64,000 nucleotides of DNA, taken from assembly GCA_938045235.1 (NCBI GenBank), contig CALIMZ010000010.1:2060-66059 (forward strand), written 5' to 3'. Positions 9,394-19,900 of this stretch are shown piece after piece. How positions within the stretch are numbered: the first letter of the stretch is position 1; every line of letters starts with the position of its first letter. Under the pieces are notes generated by a model. The model did no database searches. It had not been told where the DNA came from and saw only the letters and a program-made list of their open reading frames with translations. A program made the translations under genes and the position numbers. The DNA comes from an uncultured Candidatus Saccharibacteria bacterium (lineage in GTDB: Bacteria; Patescibacteriota; Saccharimonadia; Saccharimonadales; Saccharimonadaceae).

Positions 9394-9490
9394 CTTTCTT
9401 ACTATACCCGCCGCGTCCCAAAAAAACAAACGGAAACCATAGCCGCGATGGTTTTATTTTCTGCGCATTTCCGCTATAGTAAACAGGAGT

Positions 9491-11203
9491 ATGAGTAAAC
9501 GAGCAGTAGATGGTTTTGTTCCGCGGCGCCAATTGCCGGAAGTATCGGCGGAAGGCTTAGGGCGTTCGCCGAGCGGCAGCGGCGTGCGGCGGCGTATCGC
9601 GGTGTCTGGTGCGAATCACGCGGAATTACCGAAGCCGTTATCTTCGCCGGCGATACCGCGAGCAGCACAGCGTCCGTCGACTATTAGAAACTCCGATCGC
9701 GCAGATATTGACGCGTCATTGCGAGAGATTGGCAATCTGTCTGATCTTGATGCGCCGACGACACCGGACGGTCGAAAAAAACGCGGCAAAAAATCTAAAA
9801 AACCAATATCGCGCCGCCGCAAAATTATTAAACGCGTGCTTATTGCGCTTGTTTTGATTATTGTGTTAGCTGTCGGTTGGTTTGCATACCGCGCGTTAAT
9901 GGCGAGCAAGTCGGTATTCAAGGGCGACTTGTTTGGGCTGGTGCAGCAGAAACCGCTTAAGCAGGACGCAAACGGTCGTTCAAATATCCTTATTCTCGGT
10001 ACATCTGAAGATGACGAAGGGCACGAGGCGGGATATCTAACCGACTCAATGATGGTGTTGAGTATCGACCAAAACAAGAAAAACGCATATATGGTTAGCG
10101 TTCCGCGCGATTTGTATGTGAAATACGGGCGCGCTTGCGACGCGGGGTATGCGGGCAAAATTAACGTGTATTTCAATTGTGTGAACAACGATTGGAAGTC
10201 AGATAGTGCGGAAGATGAGCGTCAGAAAGAAACGCGTTCGTTTGTGGGTGAAATTCTAGGTATGGATCTGCAGTATAGCGTGCATGTAAATTATTCGGTA
10301 ATGCGCGACTTAGTAAGCGCAATCGGCGGCATTAAAGTGAATATTGAAAGCCGCGATCCGCGCGGAGTAATGGATAGCAATTTCGACTGGAAATGTGGTA
10401 CGACGCGGGCGGAGAAGCAGGAGCGTTGCCCGCGCGGGCATTACATTAGCTATCCGAACGGCGAGGTTGAGCTTGACGCTGAACATGCGCTGTATCTTGC
10501 AATGGCGCGCGGCGATATCGCGCCAACCTATGGATTTGAGCAATCGAATTTCGACCGCGAGAAAAACCAGCAAAAAATTATGATGGCGATCCGCGAAAAA
10601 GCGCTTAGTACAGGTACGCTCACTGATTTCTCGAAAGTCACAAAGCTCGTTGATGCGATTGGCGCGAACTTGCGTACAAACTTTGAGACAGGTGAAGTGC
10701 GAACACTTGTTAGCTTGATGCAGTCGATCAAGCAGGATGAGATTAAAAGTGTCAGCCTGATTGATGCCGAACCGGCAATTCTAACGACCGGCACGGTTGG
10801 CGGTGCGAGCGCAGTGATACCGGTGGCGGGTACATATAATTACAGCGGTTTGCAGGCGTATATTAAGAAGCATATTTACGCAACGGCGATTACGCGAGAA
10901 GAGCCGCGCGTCGTTATCCTGAATGGTTCTGGAATTGCAGGAGCGGCGCAGGCTGAGGCGACTAAGCTTGAGGAGATTGGCATAGCAGTTAATACGGTTG
11001 GCAATGTGCCGAGCGGGCAAACATATTCGTCAAATAAGATCTATCGTGTGGGCGAAAAGACAAAATCAGCAACTGAAGAGAAGTTGAAGTCACTCTATCA
11101 TACGAGTGTATCGCCAAGTAATGAATTATCGGGCGTGACATATAGCGCGAATACTGATTACGTAATTATCATTACGAAGGCGCAAAGCTCAAAAAGCCGG
11201 TAA
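9491..11203 (+). CDS. LCP (LytR-CpsA-Psr) family wall-polymer transferase with C-terminal LytR_C-like domain
   Basis: Basic stretch plus TM, NILILG, TDSMMV, SVPRDL, KIN, NFDREKNQQ, VILNGSGIAGAA. Confidence 0.9.
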   Translation: MSKRAVDGFVPRRQLPEVSAEGLGRSPSGSGVRRRIAVSGANHAELPKPLSSPAIPRAAQRPSTIRNSDRADIDASLREIGNLSDLDAPTTPDGRKKRGKKSKKPISRRRKIIKRVLIALVLIIVLAVGWFAYRALMASKSVFKGDLFGLVQQKPLKQDANGRSNILILGTSEDDEGHEAGYLTDSMMVLSIDQNKKNAYMVSVPRDLYVKYGRACDAGYAGKINVYFNCVNNDWKSDSAEDERQKETRSFVGEILGMDLQYSVHVNYSVMRDLVSAIGGIKVNIESRDPRGVMDSNFDWKCGTTRAEKQERCPRGHYISYPNGEVELDAEHALYLAMARGDIAPTYGFEQSNFDREKNQQKIMMAIREKALSTGTLTDFSKVTKLVDAIGANLRTNFETGEVRTLVSLMQSIKQDEIKSVSLIDAEPAILTTGTVGGASAVIPVAGTYNYSGLQAYIKKHIYATAITREEPRVVILNGSGIAGAAQAEATKLEEIGIAVNTVGNVPSGQTYSSNKIYRVGEKTKSATEEKLKSLYHTSVSPSNELSGVTYSANTDYVIIITKAQSSKSR

Positions 11204-11234
11204 TTAAACGCGATTCATAGTATAATAAAAAACG

Positions 11235-12014
11235 ATGGATTTGATAAAATCACACAAACGCCGTTCGCGTATTAGCGAAGCGATGTATATTTTGCTCAAT
11301 GTGCTGCTCGCGCTTGCGATGTTTGCCGTGACCTACGTATCTGGATCGCCGTGGATTGCCGTAGCGCTTGTATTCATGAGCAAATGGCGTGTTTTGGCAG
11401 TGCGTCCGCGGTTTTGGCTGGCGAATCTGATTGCGAATACAGTCGACCTTATTGTCGGGCTAAGTTATGTGACGCTCGTATATTGTATGACAGGGTCGAT
11501 TGGTGTGCAGGCGGCATTGACGATGCTCTATATCGTGTGGTTATTGATGATCAAGCCGCGTTCAAAACACACCTACGTTGTTATGCAGGCAGGAACGGCG
11601 CTTTTCTTGGGACTGACCACCGTTTCGATGATGATGTACGAGTGGAATCCAGCGTGTTTCGTTGCGGCGTCGTGGATTATCGGCTGTATCGCTATGCGTC
11701 ATGTGATGAATACGTACGATGAGCCGTATAGCAATTTATACAGTTTTGTTTTTGGTGTCGTGACGGCGGAATTGGCGTGGATTTCGTACCACTGGATGGC
11801 GGCGTATGCGATCCCAGGCATTAGCCCGATTCGATTATCGCAGTTTGCATTGTTTACAACGCTGTTTTACTTTGTCGCCGAACGGACGTACCATAGTTAT
11901 CATGCGTACGGTGAGGTGCGCCGTAACGACATCATACCACCCGTTGCGCTTACTGCGCTTGTCGTGATTGCTGCCTATGTGTTTGCCGCTATCTACGGCA
12001 GCGACGCGCTTTAA
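11235..12014 (+). CDS. Hypothetical multi-pass membrane protein
   Basis: 259 aa with about 8 hydrophobic segments; TATAAT 8 nt upstream. Confidence 0.7.
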   Translation: MDLIKSHKRRSRISEAMYILLNVLLALAMFAVTYVSGSPWIAVALVFMSKWRVLAVRPRFWLANLIANTVDLIVGLSYVTLVYCMTGSIGVQAALTMLYIVWLLMIKPRSKHTYVVMQAGTALFLGLTTVSMMMYEWNPACFVAASWIIGCIAMRHVMNTYDEPYSNLYSFVFGVVTAELAWISYHWMAAYAIPGISPIRLSQFALFTTLFYFVAERTYHSYHAYGEVRRNDIIPPVALTALVVIAAYVFAAIYGSDAL

Positions 12015-12064
12015 GGTGGTTTTAAGCCATATTTTTGAAAATGGTTCAAAGAAAGGTGAATGGT

Positions 12065-13294
12065 ATGACAAATACGAAGAATACAGCAAAAAAGGCAAAG
12101 CATGAAACGGCTGCGCCAAGTACCGCGCCGACGTCTCCGGCTTTGGTCGCTAGCCCGCCAGTTTCACCGCCGCTGAAGCAACCGCGCCGCGCGCTTCCGT
12201 GGATTATTACATCGGCTATTCTTTCCATTATGCTCATTACAGGTGTAGTATCGGCGGGTGTGTATCTATATGTAAACACTCATCGTAGTACTACGCTGAC
12301 GCCAACGCGTGATGGCAATACGACGGCAACAGCGAGCGAAGCGTCAGTCTCGAACGTGATAGAAAAAGTGTCGCCAAGCGTTGTGTCAATCGTAACAAAT
12401 ACGACTAAGCGGACAATATACGGTGCGGCGCAAGCTCGGGCGGCAGGAACAGGAATTGTCATTAGCCGTGATGGCTATATTTTAACGAATCGTCATGTTG
12501 TCGCTAACGCAAGTACTGTGCAGGTTGTGCTGGACGACGGTACGGCGTATGATGATGTGAAGATTGTCGGGGTGGATCCATTGAACGACGTAGCCTATTT
12601 GAAGATTAATGGCGTTACTAACCTGCGCGCTGCCGAAATTGGCGATTCATCTACGGTGCGCACAGGCCAGCACGTTGTCGCGATCGGCAATGCGCTCGGC
12701 CAGTACCGCAACACGGTATCAAGCGGTATTATCTCGGGCAAGGGGCGGTCGCTTTCGGCGAGCGATGAAGCGGGCGGCTCAAACGAATCGCTCAGTGACA
12801 TGTTTCAGACTGATGCGGCGATCAATTCGGGTAACTCGGGTGGACCGCTGTTGAATTATGCCGGGCAGGTTATCGGCATTAATACGGCGGTTGCTTCGGG
12901 TGCGACAGGGATTGGCTTTGCAATTCCGATTAATGCCGTGAAAGGAACGATGAAGAGCGTGCTAGCGGGCAATCGTGTCAAGCGTGCCTATATCGGTATT
13001 CGGTACGTTGACATTACGCCGGCATTGGCAAAACGCTATCATTTGCCGGTGGCGAAAGGCGCGTATGTAGCGAGCGATGATCGTTCAAGCGTACAACCTG
13101 GTAGTCCGGCGAGCAAAGCAGATATTCAAGACGAGGACATTATTACGAAGGTAAATGGCACGGTAGTAGGCGAAAGTAATGGGTTTTCTAGCCTGATTGG
13201 TCAGTATACGCCAAATGACGTCGTGGAATTAACAATTTTGCGTGGCGGTAAAGAGCAGACTGTTAAGGTTACGCTAGGTGCCTACGCTGAATAA
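12065..13294 (+). CDS. htrA: HtrA/DegP-family serine protease with PDZ domain
   Basis: TM anchor, ILTNRHVV, DPLNDVA, QTDAAINSGNSGGPL, C-terminal PDZ. Confidence 0.93.
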   Translation: MTNTKNTAKKAKHETAAPSTAPTSPALVASPPVSPPLKQPRRALPWIITSAILSIMLITGVVSAGVYLYVNTHRSTTLTPTRDGNTTATASEASVSNVIEKVSPSVVSIVTNTTKRTIYGAAQARAAGTGIVISRDGYILTNRHVVANASTVQVVLDDGTAYDDVKIVGVDPLNDVAYLKINGVTNLRAAEIGDSSTVRTGQHVVAIGNALGQYRNTVSSGIISGKGRSLSASDEAGGSNESLSDMFQTDAAINSGNSGGPLLNYAGQVIGINTAVASGATGIGFAIPINAVKGTMKSVLAGNRVKRAYIGIRYVDITPALAKRYHLPVAKGAYVASDDRSSVQPGSPASKADIQDEDIITKVNGTVVGESNGFSSLIGQYTPNDVVELTILRGGKEQTVKVTLGAYAE

Positions 13295-13296
13295 TT

Positions 13297-14124
13297 TTAA
13301 TTATATTTTTGAAACACGAGGCAAAATCCATCAGTGACACGATGAACGAGCTGTAGCCTTGATGCTCTAGTTATAATTGCTGTATGCTGTCGCGGATCGG
13401 CTTCAAGGTAAAGCCATCCGCTATTATTCAGCGCGGTACCCGTTTGAGTAAGCAGCTTATTAATCAGCGCTAGCCCATTGTTGTTCGCAAAGAGTGCCTC
13501 AGAGGGTTCGCAATTTGTTTCCGGCGAGCGCTCCCATGACGCGTCAACGTACGGAAGATTCGCAATGATACCGTCAAAGGTACCGAAGGTGGCGCTCAGC
13601 AGATCGCTTTGTATAATGTCGACGTGCGCGTGTAGCCTTGTTGCATTTTCGCGCGCTACCGCAAGTGCGTGGCGGCTATTATCGGTAAGCGTGACATCAA
13701 GTGCTGGTAGTTCCAATTTTGCCGTAATTCCCAGGCAGCCGCTGCCCGTACCAACGTCAACGAGGCGTCCGGTATGCGGTCCGCATTTGCGTAGGCAGGT
13801 GATAATTGCTTCTGATTCTGGGCGCGGTATTAGTACGCTTGGCGTCACTTTGAACAGTCGTCCGTAGAACTCTCTATGTCCGATGATATAGGCGAGCGGT
13901 GTTCGGTCAAGCCGTAACTGCAGCCTCGCATGAGCGATTTCAAGCTGGCGTTCGGTCAGACGTTCGTCGTGATGTGCATGCAGCCATGTACGATTTTTGC
14001 GCACAGTGTGTGCTAATATCAGTTCAGCGTCAAGTAGCGCGCTTGTAATGCCGGCATCTGCAAGCATTTCTGCGCTATCGCGCAACCAGGCTTGAATTGA
14101 TGTCGGGATATTCGTGGCTGTCAT
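13297..14124 (-). CDS. prmC: Release factor glutamine methyltransferase
   Basis: PLAYIIG.REFYG, VLIPRPESE, DVGTGSG, ANLPY; downstream of prfA. Confidence 0.95.
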   Translation of the reverse strand: MTATNIPTSIQAWLRDSAEMLADAGITSALLDAELILAHTVRKNRTWLHAHHDERLTERQLEIAHARLQLRLDRTPLAYIIGHREFYGRLFKVTPSVLIPRPESEAIITCLRKCGPHTGRLVDVGTGSGCLGITAKLELPALDVTLTDNSRHALAVARENATRLHAHVDIIQSDLLSATFGTFDGIIANLPYVDASWERSPETNCEPSEALFANNNGLALINKLLTQTGTALNNSGWLYLEADPRQHTAIITRASRLQLVHRVTDGFCLVFQKYN

Positions 14125-14172
14125 CTTATGTGGGATTGTACATGATGTACGCGGGCAGAGCAAATCTTTCTT

Positions 14173-15240
14173 TTATTGCGCGTGCTGCGCTTTTAATTCG
14201 CGTTCATATGCTTGCAGCCGCTCAATGATATCATCAATATCGCCGTTCATCGCTGCCGGAATATTACTGCGGCTATAGTGAATGCGGTGGTCGGTGATGC
14301 GATCCTGCGGAAAATTATATGTGCGAATTTTTTCACTGCGATCCCCCGTACCGACGAGCGCGCGCCGTTCAGCGGACAATTTTGCATTATCTTCGTCGAT
14401 TTTCATTTGGAGTAGGCGGCTACGCAATACGCTCATTGCTTTTTCGCGGTTCTTGATTTGTGATTTCTCGTCTTGGTTTTGTACGACTAGACCGGTTGGC
14501 AAGTGGGTAATACGCACAGCGGAATCGGTGGTATTGACCGATTGTCCACCATTGCCGCTTGAACGATAGATGTCAACGCGTAAATCTTTCGGGTTTATCT
14601 CAATGTCAGTCTCTTCTGCTTCTGGTAATACCGCGACGGTGGCTGTACTGGTGTGGACGCGCCCTTGGCTTTCGGTAACAGGTACGCGTTGTACGCGGTG
14701 GACGCCGCCCTCAAACTTAAGTCGTGCATACGGTGAGTCGCCGGAGATCTTGAAGATAACTTCTTTGTAGCCGCCAGAATCGTTGACAGAATCGCTTAGC
14801 AGCTCGGTTTTGTAGCTATGTGCTTCGCACCAGCGCAGATACATGCGGTACAATTCAGCGGCAAACAAGCTCGCCTCATCACCGCCTGCGCCCGCGCGAA
14901 TCTCCATGATGATGTTCTTTTCATCGTTCGGGTCTTTTGGTGTAAGTAGTATGAATAAGTCCTCTTCAAGCTGTGCTAACTTTGCTTCGTCTTCGGGAAT
15001 TTCTGCTTTGGCAATTTCGGCAAGCTCATCATTGCCAGTAGCAAGCTCTTTTGCTTCGGCAAGTTGCTGCTCAACCTGCTTGCGCTCTGTTGCCTTAGCA
15101 ATGATTGCCTCAAGTTCACTAAATCGCTTGTTCTTAGCGGTAAACTGCGGGTCGTTATATGCGTCGGGTTGCGCTAAAAACTTACTCAGTGCTGAGTATT
15201 CTGCTTTTAAGGCTGGTATGTCAAGGGAGATTTGCGGCAT
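14173..15240 (-). CDS. prfA: Peptide chain release factor 1
   Basis: [20 protein letters not shown] (PVT), [15 protein letters not shown]. Confidence 0.98.
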   Translation of the reverse strand: MPQISLDIPALKAEYSALSKFLAQPDAYNDPQFTAKNKRFSELEAIIAKATERKQVEQQLAEAKELATGNDELAEIAKAEIPEDEAKLAQLEEDLFILLTPKDPNDEKNIIMEIRAGAGGDEASLFAAELYRMYLRWCEAHSYKTELLSDSVNDSGGYKEVIFKISGDSPYARLKFEGGVHRVQRVPVTESQGRVHTSTATVAVLPEAEETDIEINPKDLRVDIYRSSGNGGQSVNTTDSAVRITHLPTGLVVQNQDEKSQIKNREKAMSVLRSRLLQMKIDEDNAKLSAERRALVGTGDRSEKIRTYNFPQDRITDHRIHYSRSNIPAAMNGDIDDIIERLQAYERELKAQHAQ

Positions 15241-15392
15241 AATAAATAACTCATTTTATTATACCACAGAGGTTACAAAGGAGTGGTGGCACGGTTCGTG
15301 GTAATCGCAGGGGATATTGCAATGTTTGACAAATTTAGATGCTATGAGTAGTATAGTTCTATATTATTTTACGGAAAGGTGTACAGTTCGTT

Positions 15393-16130
15393 ATGGATAG
15401 TAAAAGTAAGATGTTTCGAGAGTCTCACCCTGATACAGTGTACGATCAATATTTATATCTGCATGAGACAAAAGAGGAGCGTGCAGAGCGCGGGGAGAAA
15501 TTACAACAAGCACTCAGCACCTATCCGTCCAGAGGGGAGAACGTCGATAAGGGTAGCATGCGATCGGATAGAAGTATGCTAAATGAAGTGTTGAAAAGTA
15601 GATTTAATATTTCTATTTCTCGAGCTTTCTCAAACACGATCCGATACTTTGAGCCATATGACGTCGAGCCGTCTGAAGAGTATCCAGACGTAAATTTTGT
15701 GACACAGGTCATAACGTTCGATCTGTACGATCAGCAACGATATGCCTATGGCGAGCAGAACTCGCCTGAAACCGATTCTCATATGAAGCTGCTGCTATTC
15801 CGGTTGGGCTGTGCTGGCGAGGAGCCGAGTGAAGACACAATTGGTATTGGTACGAACGCTCGTTATGGTGCAATTGTTGAAAATGACCAGCTGAAACCGA
15901 TCCGCATTGATACCGATGTGACTCGAAAAGACGCTATCGCCGGGATTGTGCGCGAAAGCGCCGCAGCAGTTTCTTCTGAGACGACAGACACGGCTGTGAT
16001 GTTATTGTACAAGGTAGCAATGGATGTTGTTGAGCTGGGTGCGGACGATCCTATGCACGCCGAAGTGATCAATGAAATTGATCGGTTTATTGAGCGGTGC
16101 GGTTCGGAAACTCCTCCGGAAGACATTTAA
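15393..16130 (+). CDS. Hypothetical acidic protein
   Basis: 245-aa ORF with own promoter TTGACA-17-TAGTAT (15326-15354); no recognised motif. Confidence 0.65.
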   Translation: MDSKSKMFRESHPDTVYDQYLYLHETKEERAERGEKLQQALSTYPSRGENVDKGSMRSDRSMLNEVLKSRFNISISRAFSNTIRYFEPYDVEPSEEYPDVNFVTQVITFDLYDQQRYAYGEQNSPETDSHMKLLLFRLGCAGEEPSEDTIGIGTNARYGAIVENDQLKPIRIDTDVTRKDAIAGIVRESAAAVSSETTDTAVMLLYKVAMDVVELGADDPMHAEVINEIDRFIERCGSETPPEDI

Positions 16131-16169
16131 GTTTTGCGTGCGTTCAAGCGATCGTGATAAGCTGTAGGT

Positions 16170-16841
16170 ATGGAGTATACGTCCTGGCGTCAATTTGTTG
16201 AGCATGAAGCCGAGCAGCCGTACTTTCGCCGGCTGATGAATCGGGTAGACGCAGAACGCAAAGTTAAAGACGTCTACCCGCTCAGACCAGACATGTTCTC
16301 ATGCTTTGCCGCCTGTCCGCTGGAAACGACCAAGGTAGTTATCATTGGACAAGATCCGTATCATGGGCCAGGGCAGGCGCATGGCATGTGTTTTTCGGTG
16401 CGACCGGGTGTGCCGGTGCCGCCGAGTTTGCAGAATATTTTTAAAGAACTGCATGATGATCTGGGGTGCGATATTCCTAAGAGTGGTTTTTTAGAGCGGT
16501 GGGCGGAGCGCGGCGTGCTGCTTATGAACACGTCATGGAGCGTTGAACGCGGCAAGCCGGCGAGCCACGCTATTCTTGGCTGGATGGAGTTTTCCGAGCA
16601 TTTGCTAGAGTTTTTGAATGATTTTGAACAGCCTCTTGTATTTATGCTGTGGGGCGCGCATGCCCAAAAAGTGGGGCAGAAAATCACTAATCCGCACCAT
16701 CTAAAAATTGCGAGTTCGCACCCATCGCCGTTTTCTGCCGATCGCGGCTTCTTTGGTAGCCGACCGTTTTCGCGGGCTAACGAGTTTTTAGATAAAACTG
16801 GGCGCGGTGCGATTGATTGGCAAATCCGCGAACGCGAATAA
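16170..16841 (+). CDS. ung: Uracil-DNA glycosylase (family 1)
   Basis: GQDPYHG, PPSLQNIFKEL, GVLLMN, HPSPFS. Confidence 0.97.
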   Translation: MEYTSWRQFVEHEAEQPYFRRLMNRVDAERKVKDVYPLRPDMFSCFAACPLETTKVVIIGQDPYHGPGQAHGMCFSVRPGVPVPPSLQNIFKELHDDLGCDIPKSGFLERWAERGVLLMNTSWSVERGKPASHAILGWMEFSEHLLEFLNDFEQPLVFMLWGAHAQKVGQKITNPHHLKIASSHPSPFSADRGFFGSRPFSRANEFLDKTGRGAIDWQIRERE

Positions 16842-16848
16842 GGAACTT

Positions 16849-17244
16849 TTACTTGTCGTTGTCTTTATTATCTTTTTTTGCAGCTTTAGTTTTCGTAGAA
16901 GCCTTTTTGGTTGATTGCTGATCGTCATCAGTAGCTTTAGTGGTTTTTTTTGTATTCGTTTTCTTCGCCTTGTTTGCTAACTGAGCGCGGTGTGCTTCAG
17001 CGGCAGCTTGGCGTGCCTTAAATCGATCAACGCGACCCTCGGTGTCAATAATCTTTTCTTCACCCGTAAAGAATGGGTGTGAAGCTGATGAAATATGAAC
17101 TTTAACAAGCGGATAGGTCTTGCCATCTTTCCACTTGATCGTCTCTGTTGTTTGCGCTGTTGAACGAGTCAAAAACGCGAAGCCTGCTTGTTCGTCGCTA
17201 AATACGACCAGGCGATAGTCTTGTGGGTGAATACTGCTTTTCAT
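16849..17244 (-). CDS. rpmE: 50S ribosomal protein bL31, type B (Cys-free) with Lys-rich tail
   Basis: MKSSIHP.DYRLVVF.D...LTRST...[11 protein letters not shown]...GRVDRFK. Confidence 0.95.
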   Translation of the reverse strand: MKSSIHPQDYRLVVFSDEQAGFAFLTRSTAQTTETIKWKDGKTYPLVKVHISSASHPFFTGEEKIIDTEGRVDRFKARQAAAEAHRAQLANKAKKTNTKKTTKATDDDQQSTKKASTKTKAAKKDNKDNDK

Positions 17245-17400
17245 AACTGCCTATTCTACCAAATAACTCAGTAAAATACAACCGTTTAACCGTTCGTATG
17301 CATGATATAATTTATAATAAGAATAGGCATAAAGTAAATGAAATGTAAGACATGAGTAAATCGTGCCTGCGTCTAGCAAGCATGAAACATTTTTACAATC

Positions 17401-19737
17401 ATGAATAACAACAAAATAAAAACTCCTCATGATTTTCCAAGCTACTTGACGGGTGATGTCAAGATTGTGACGCCTGCGCAAGAACAGCTCAATGAGTTGC
17501 AGCGGCGGGTAGAAATGGTTCGGTCTGAATCTAATACGATCAAGGAGCTGTATAATGAGGTAGCCGAGCAACAAAATTCAACACCAGAAGCTACAAACGA
17601 AGCAGTAGACGATATCGTAGCGGATGCGGTGGCGGACGGTGTAAAAAGCATAGAGCCTGGCACAAAGGAAGCGGCGATCGCTGCGGCAATAGTAGAGATC
17701 GGTCTCCCGGGAGACCAGCCAAAAACCGCTGAACAGCTAGAGGCTATTGCGACCGCTAATATAGGTAGCACAGAAGCCGTTGTTAGTGCAGCAGAACAGG
17801 CCGGCGTGGATACTGATGAGGTGGCGCGGGAGCTGAAAGAAAAAGAGCATGAAAGAAAAATAAAGCCTGAACTTTTTTCGGATGGAATACAGCTGGTGGA
17901 TAGAAAGTCGGTAACAAGAGATTACGATGGGTATATAGGAGGTTACGACCGAAAGTTATATGAGGAATATCGTGAAGAAGCTCAAGATTTAATGACTATT
18001 CCCGAGGAGCAGCGGCTTGGTACGGAAATTATTGATGAATTTGGCGAAGCGAGGCGCCCGATCATAGACATAGAGTTATTAGATGAAGAAGATATCAAGG
18101 ATGTCCAAGAGCAAGTAAATTTAAGAAAGAGTGGATTTAATAAGATTGAAGAGTTTCTCTTGCAAGTTGGTAGCAACAGTGAGCACGATATTGATGGAAA
18201 AGAGTTAGCTCATCAAGTGGCGGATATAGCACTAAAACACGATATCATCAGACCTGACAATCAAGAAAGACTGACGACTATAGCAGATCTGTACATTTCT
18301 GAGACAGATGTTCGCCAGATGCAGCAGATAGATGAGGCGATGCATGATTCCACCACTGGCAAAAGATATGTAACCATGGCTACTGAAAGAGTCGTAGGGT
18401 TGGCGCAGTATAATGTATTGTGCTCGGGGACAGTAATGGTTCACTCCGGAGATTATATAGCAGTCACAGAAAGCGGCGGACTCTCGCCTCGATCTATGAG
18501 AGAAGGCAATGGCGCGCAGAGCGAGAACACCTCATCTGGAGGACTCATTCATTTTACCGGTGATAGCACGCACTGCTTTTATGGCGATAGTTGTTTTGGC
18601 ATTACAATTGATGATGTAGTAAAAAAGACGCCATATTTATTCTATGAGCCGGGTATCGTTATTGATAACAACGGGCAAGGCCACTCAAACGATCGGGCGG
18701 GCGCTACACAAAAAAGACGTGATACGTGGCAGCAGGAGATGCACGGTACATCGCAAAGGATGAGCAAAGTTATGCTAGGCAGGCATGGCGGAGATATGCC
18801 GAAATTTGTCCAGGCGCGGCTAGACTCGGCGACGACGCGTGCAGCAGAAGGGCTTGCTGGAGCTGATATAGGTATAGGCGAGAGAAACAACTTCTCGTTT
18901 GCGGCATCAGAAGACAAGGAAATGGCTGCTAAATATAAATATGAACTTGGCGATGATTTATTCACCATCTGCAGGATGGGTGATGACGGGAATGTGCGTG
19001 CTCATGTAGATACGGAGACTGTTTTTATGCCGGTGTCGTATAAACAAGTTAATTTTTCGGAGAAAAATAGAGAATTGAATGAGGTAGGCATGGGTAAGTA
19101 CGAGTTTACGCTAGAGAATATTGATAAGTTTAATGAGGACGCCGTTATATTTTGGGCGGAAGAAATAGCCGAAAAGGCTGGTTTTTCGGAGGACACGTTT
19201 AATCGTTTGGCGCAGTACGGGAAATTGAATCTAGGCTACTCTAGCCTGGGAGAGAGATTTATGTCGGAGCTTGGCGCACAAAAATACCTAACATTACTAT
19301 CAGAAAACGAGGATAGATTGAAGTATCTGTATGACACGTATTCAATCGCTTGTAATGAAAGTGATTTGTTAAAAAAGGACGGGTTGTCTGAAGGAGATAT
19401 CGCTGACATGATTCTTCGGTCGCCTGACGCTACCGGAGTAGAGAATGATACACTTGGTTTCGCGTCTGAGTTCATCATGTCATCAAACGTAGATGATGAC
19501 GTAAGGGATATTGTTGTTGGTAGAGTCCAGACGTTGCCAGAAGAGCAGAAAGATAAGCTCCTGAACAGATGTTACTTAAAGTTTATGATGCAGGGATCGC
19601 TAGCTGAGTCTTTCCCATTTTCCGAAGACGAACTTATTCATGCGCATGAGCGTGTGGAAGCGCGTAAAAAACAGGACGAGGACCAAGATGCTCCAAAAGG
19701 ATTTCCGAATGGGTTTGATGGCGGTATGGCATTTTAG
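17401..19737 (+). CDS. Large acidic hypothetical protein; possible central ADP-ribosyltransferase-like domain
   Basis: 778-aa uninterrupted ORF, visibly more AT-rich codon usage (AGA/ATA); domain call is inference only. Confidence 0.7.
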   Translation: MNNNKIKTPHDFPSYLTGDVKIVTPAQEQLNELQRRVEMVRSESNTIKELYNEVAEQQNSTPEATNEAVDDIVADAVADGVKSIEPGTKEAAIAAAIVEIGLPGDQPKTAEQLEAIATANIGSTEAVVSAAEQAGVDTDEVARELKEKEHERKIKPELFSDGIQLVDRKSVTRDYDGYIGGYDRKLYEEYREEAQDLMTIPEEQRLGTEIIDEFGEARRPIIDIELLDEEDIKDVQEQVNLRKSGFNKIEEFLLQVGSNSEHDIDGKELAHQVADIALKHDIIRPDNQERLTTIADLYISETDVRQMQQIDEAMHDSTTGKRYVTMATERVVGLAQYNVLCSGTVMVHSGDYIAVTESGGLSPRSMREGNGAQSENTSSGGLIHFTGDSTHCFYGDSCFGITIDDVVKKTPYLFYEPGIVIDNNGQGHSNDRAGATQKRRDTWQQEMHGTSQRMSKVMLGRHGGDMPKFVQARLDSATTRAAEGLAGADIGIGERNNFSFAASEDKEMAAKYKYELGDDLFTICRMGDDGNVRAHVDTETVFMPVSYKQVNFSEKNRELNEVGMGKYEFTLENIDKFNEDAVIFWAEEIAEKAGFSEDTFNRLAQYGKLNLGYSSLGERFMSELGAQKYLTLLSENEDRLKYLYDTYSIACNESDLLKKDGLSEGDIADMILRSPDATGVENDTLGFASEFIMSSNVDDDVRDIVVGRVQTLPEEQKDKLLNRCYLKFMMQGSLAESFPFSEDELIHAHERVEARKKQDEDQDAPKGFPNGFDGGMAF

Positions 19738-19818
19738 CTTATCGTACTAAAGATTGATTTTAGCAGCGCAGCCGGCTAGTGCAATAGTATGGTACTACCA
19801 GCGTTTTCGGCAACTATA

Positions 19819-19854
19819 TTGACAATTAAACAATAATCTGCTAGTATACTAGCA
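19819..19854 (+). promoter_or_regulatory. Promoter overlapped by a perfect 16-bp palindrome
   Basis: TTGACA (19819-19824), 17 nt, TAGTAT; TGCTAGTATACTAGCA at 19839-19854. Confidence 0.6.
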
Positions 19855-19900
19855 TAACAATCTAGTAAAACAAACACAATCAAAAAGGTCTTTTATAATC

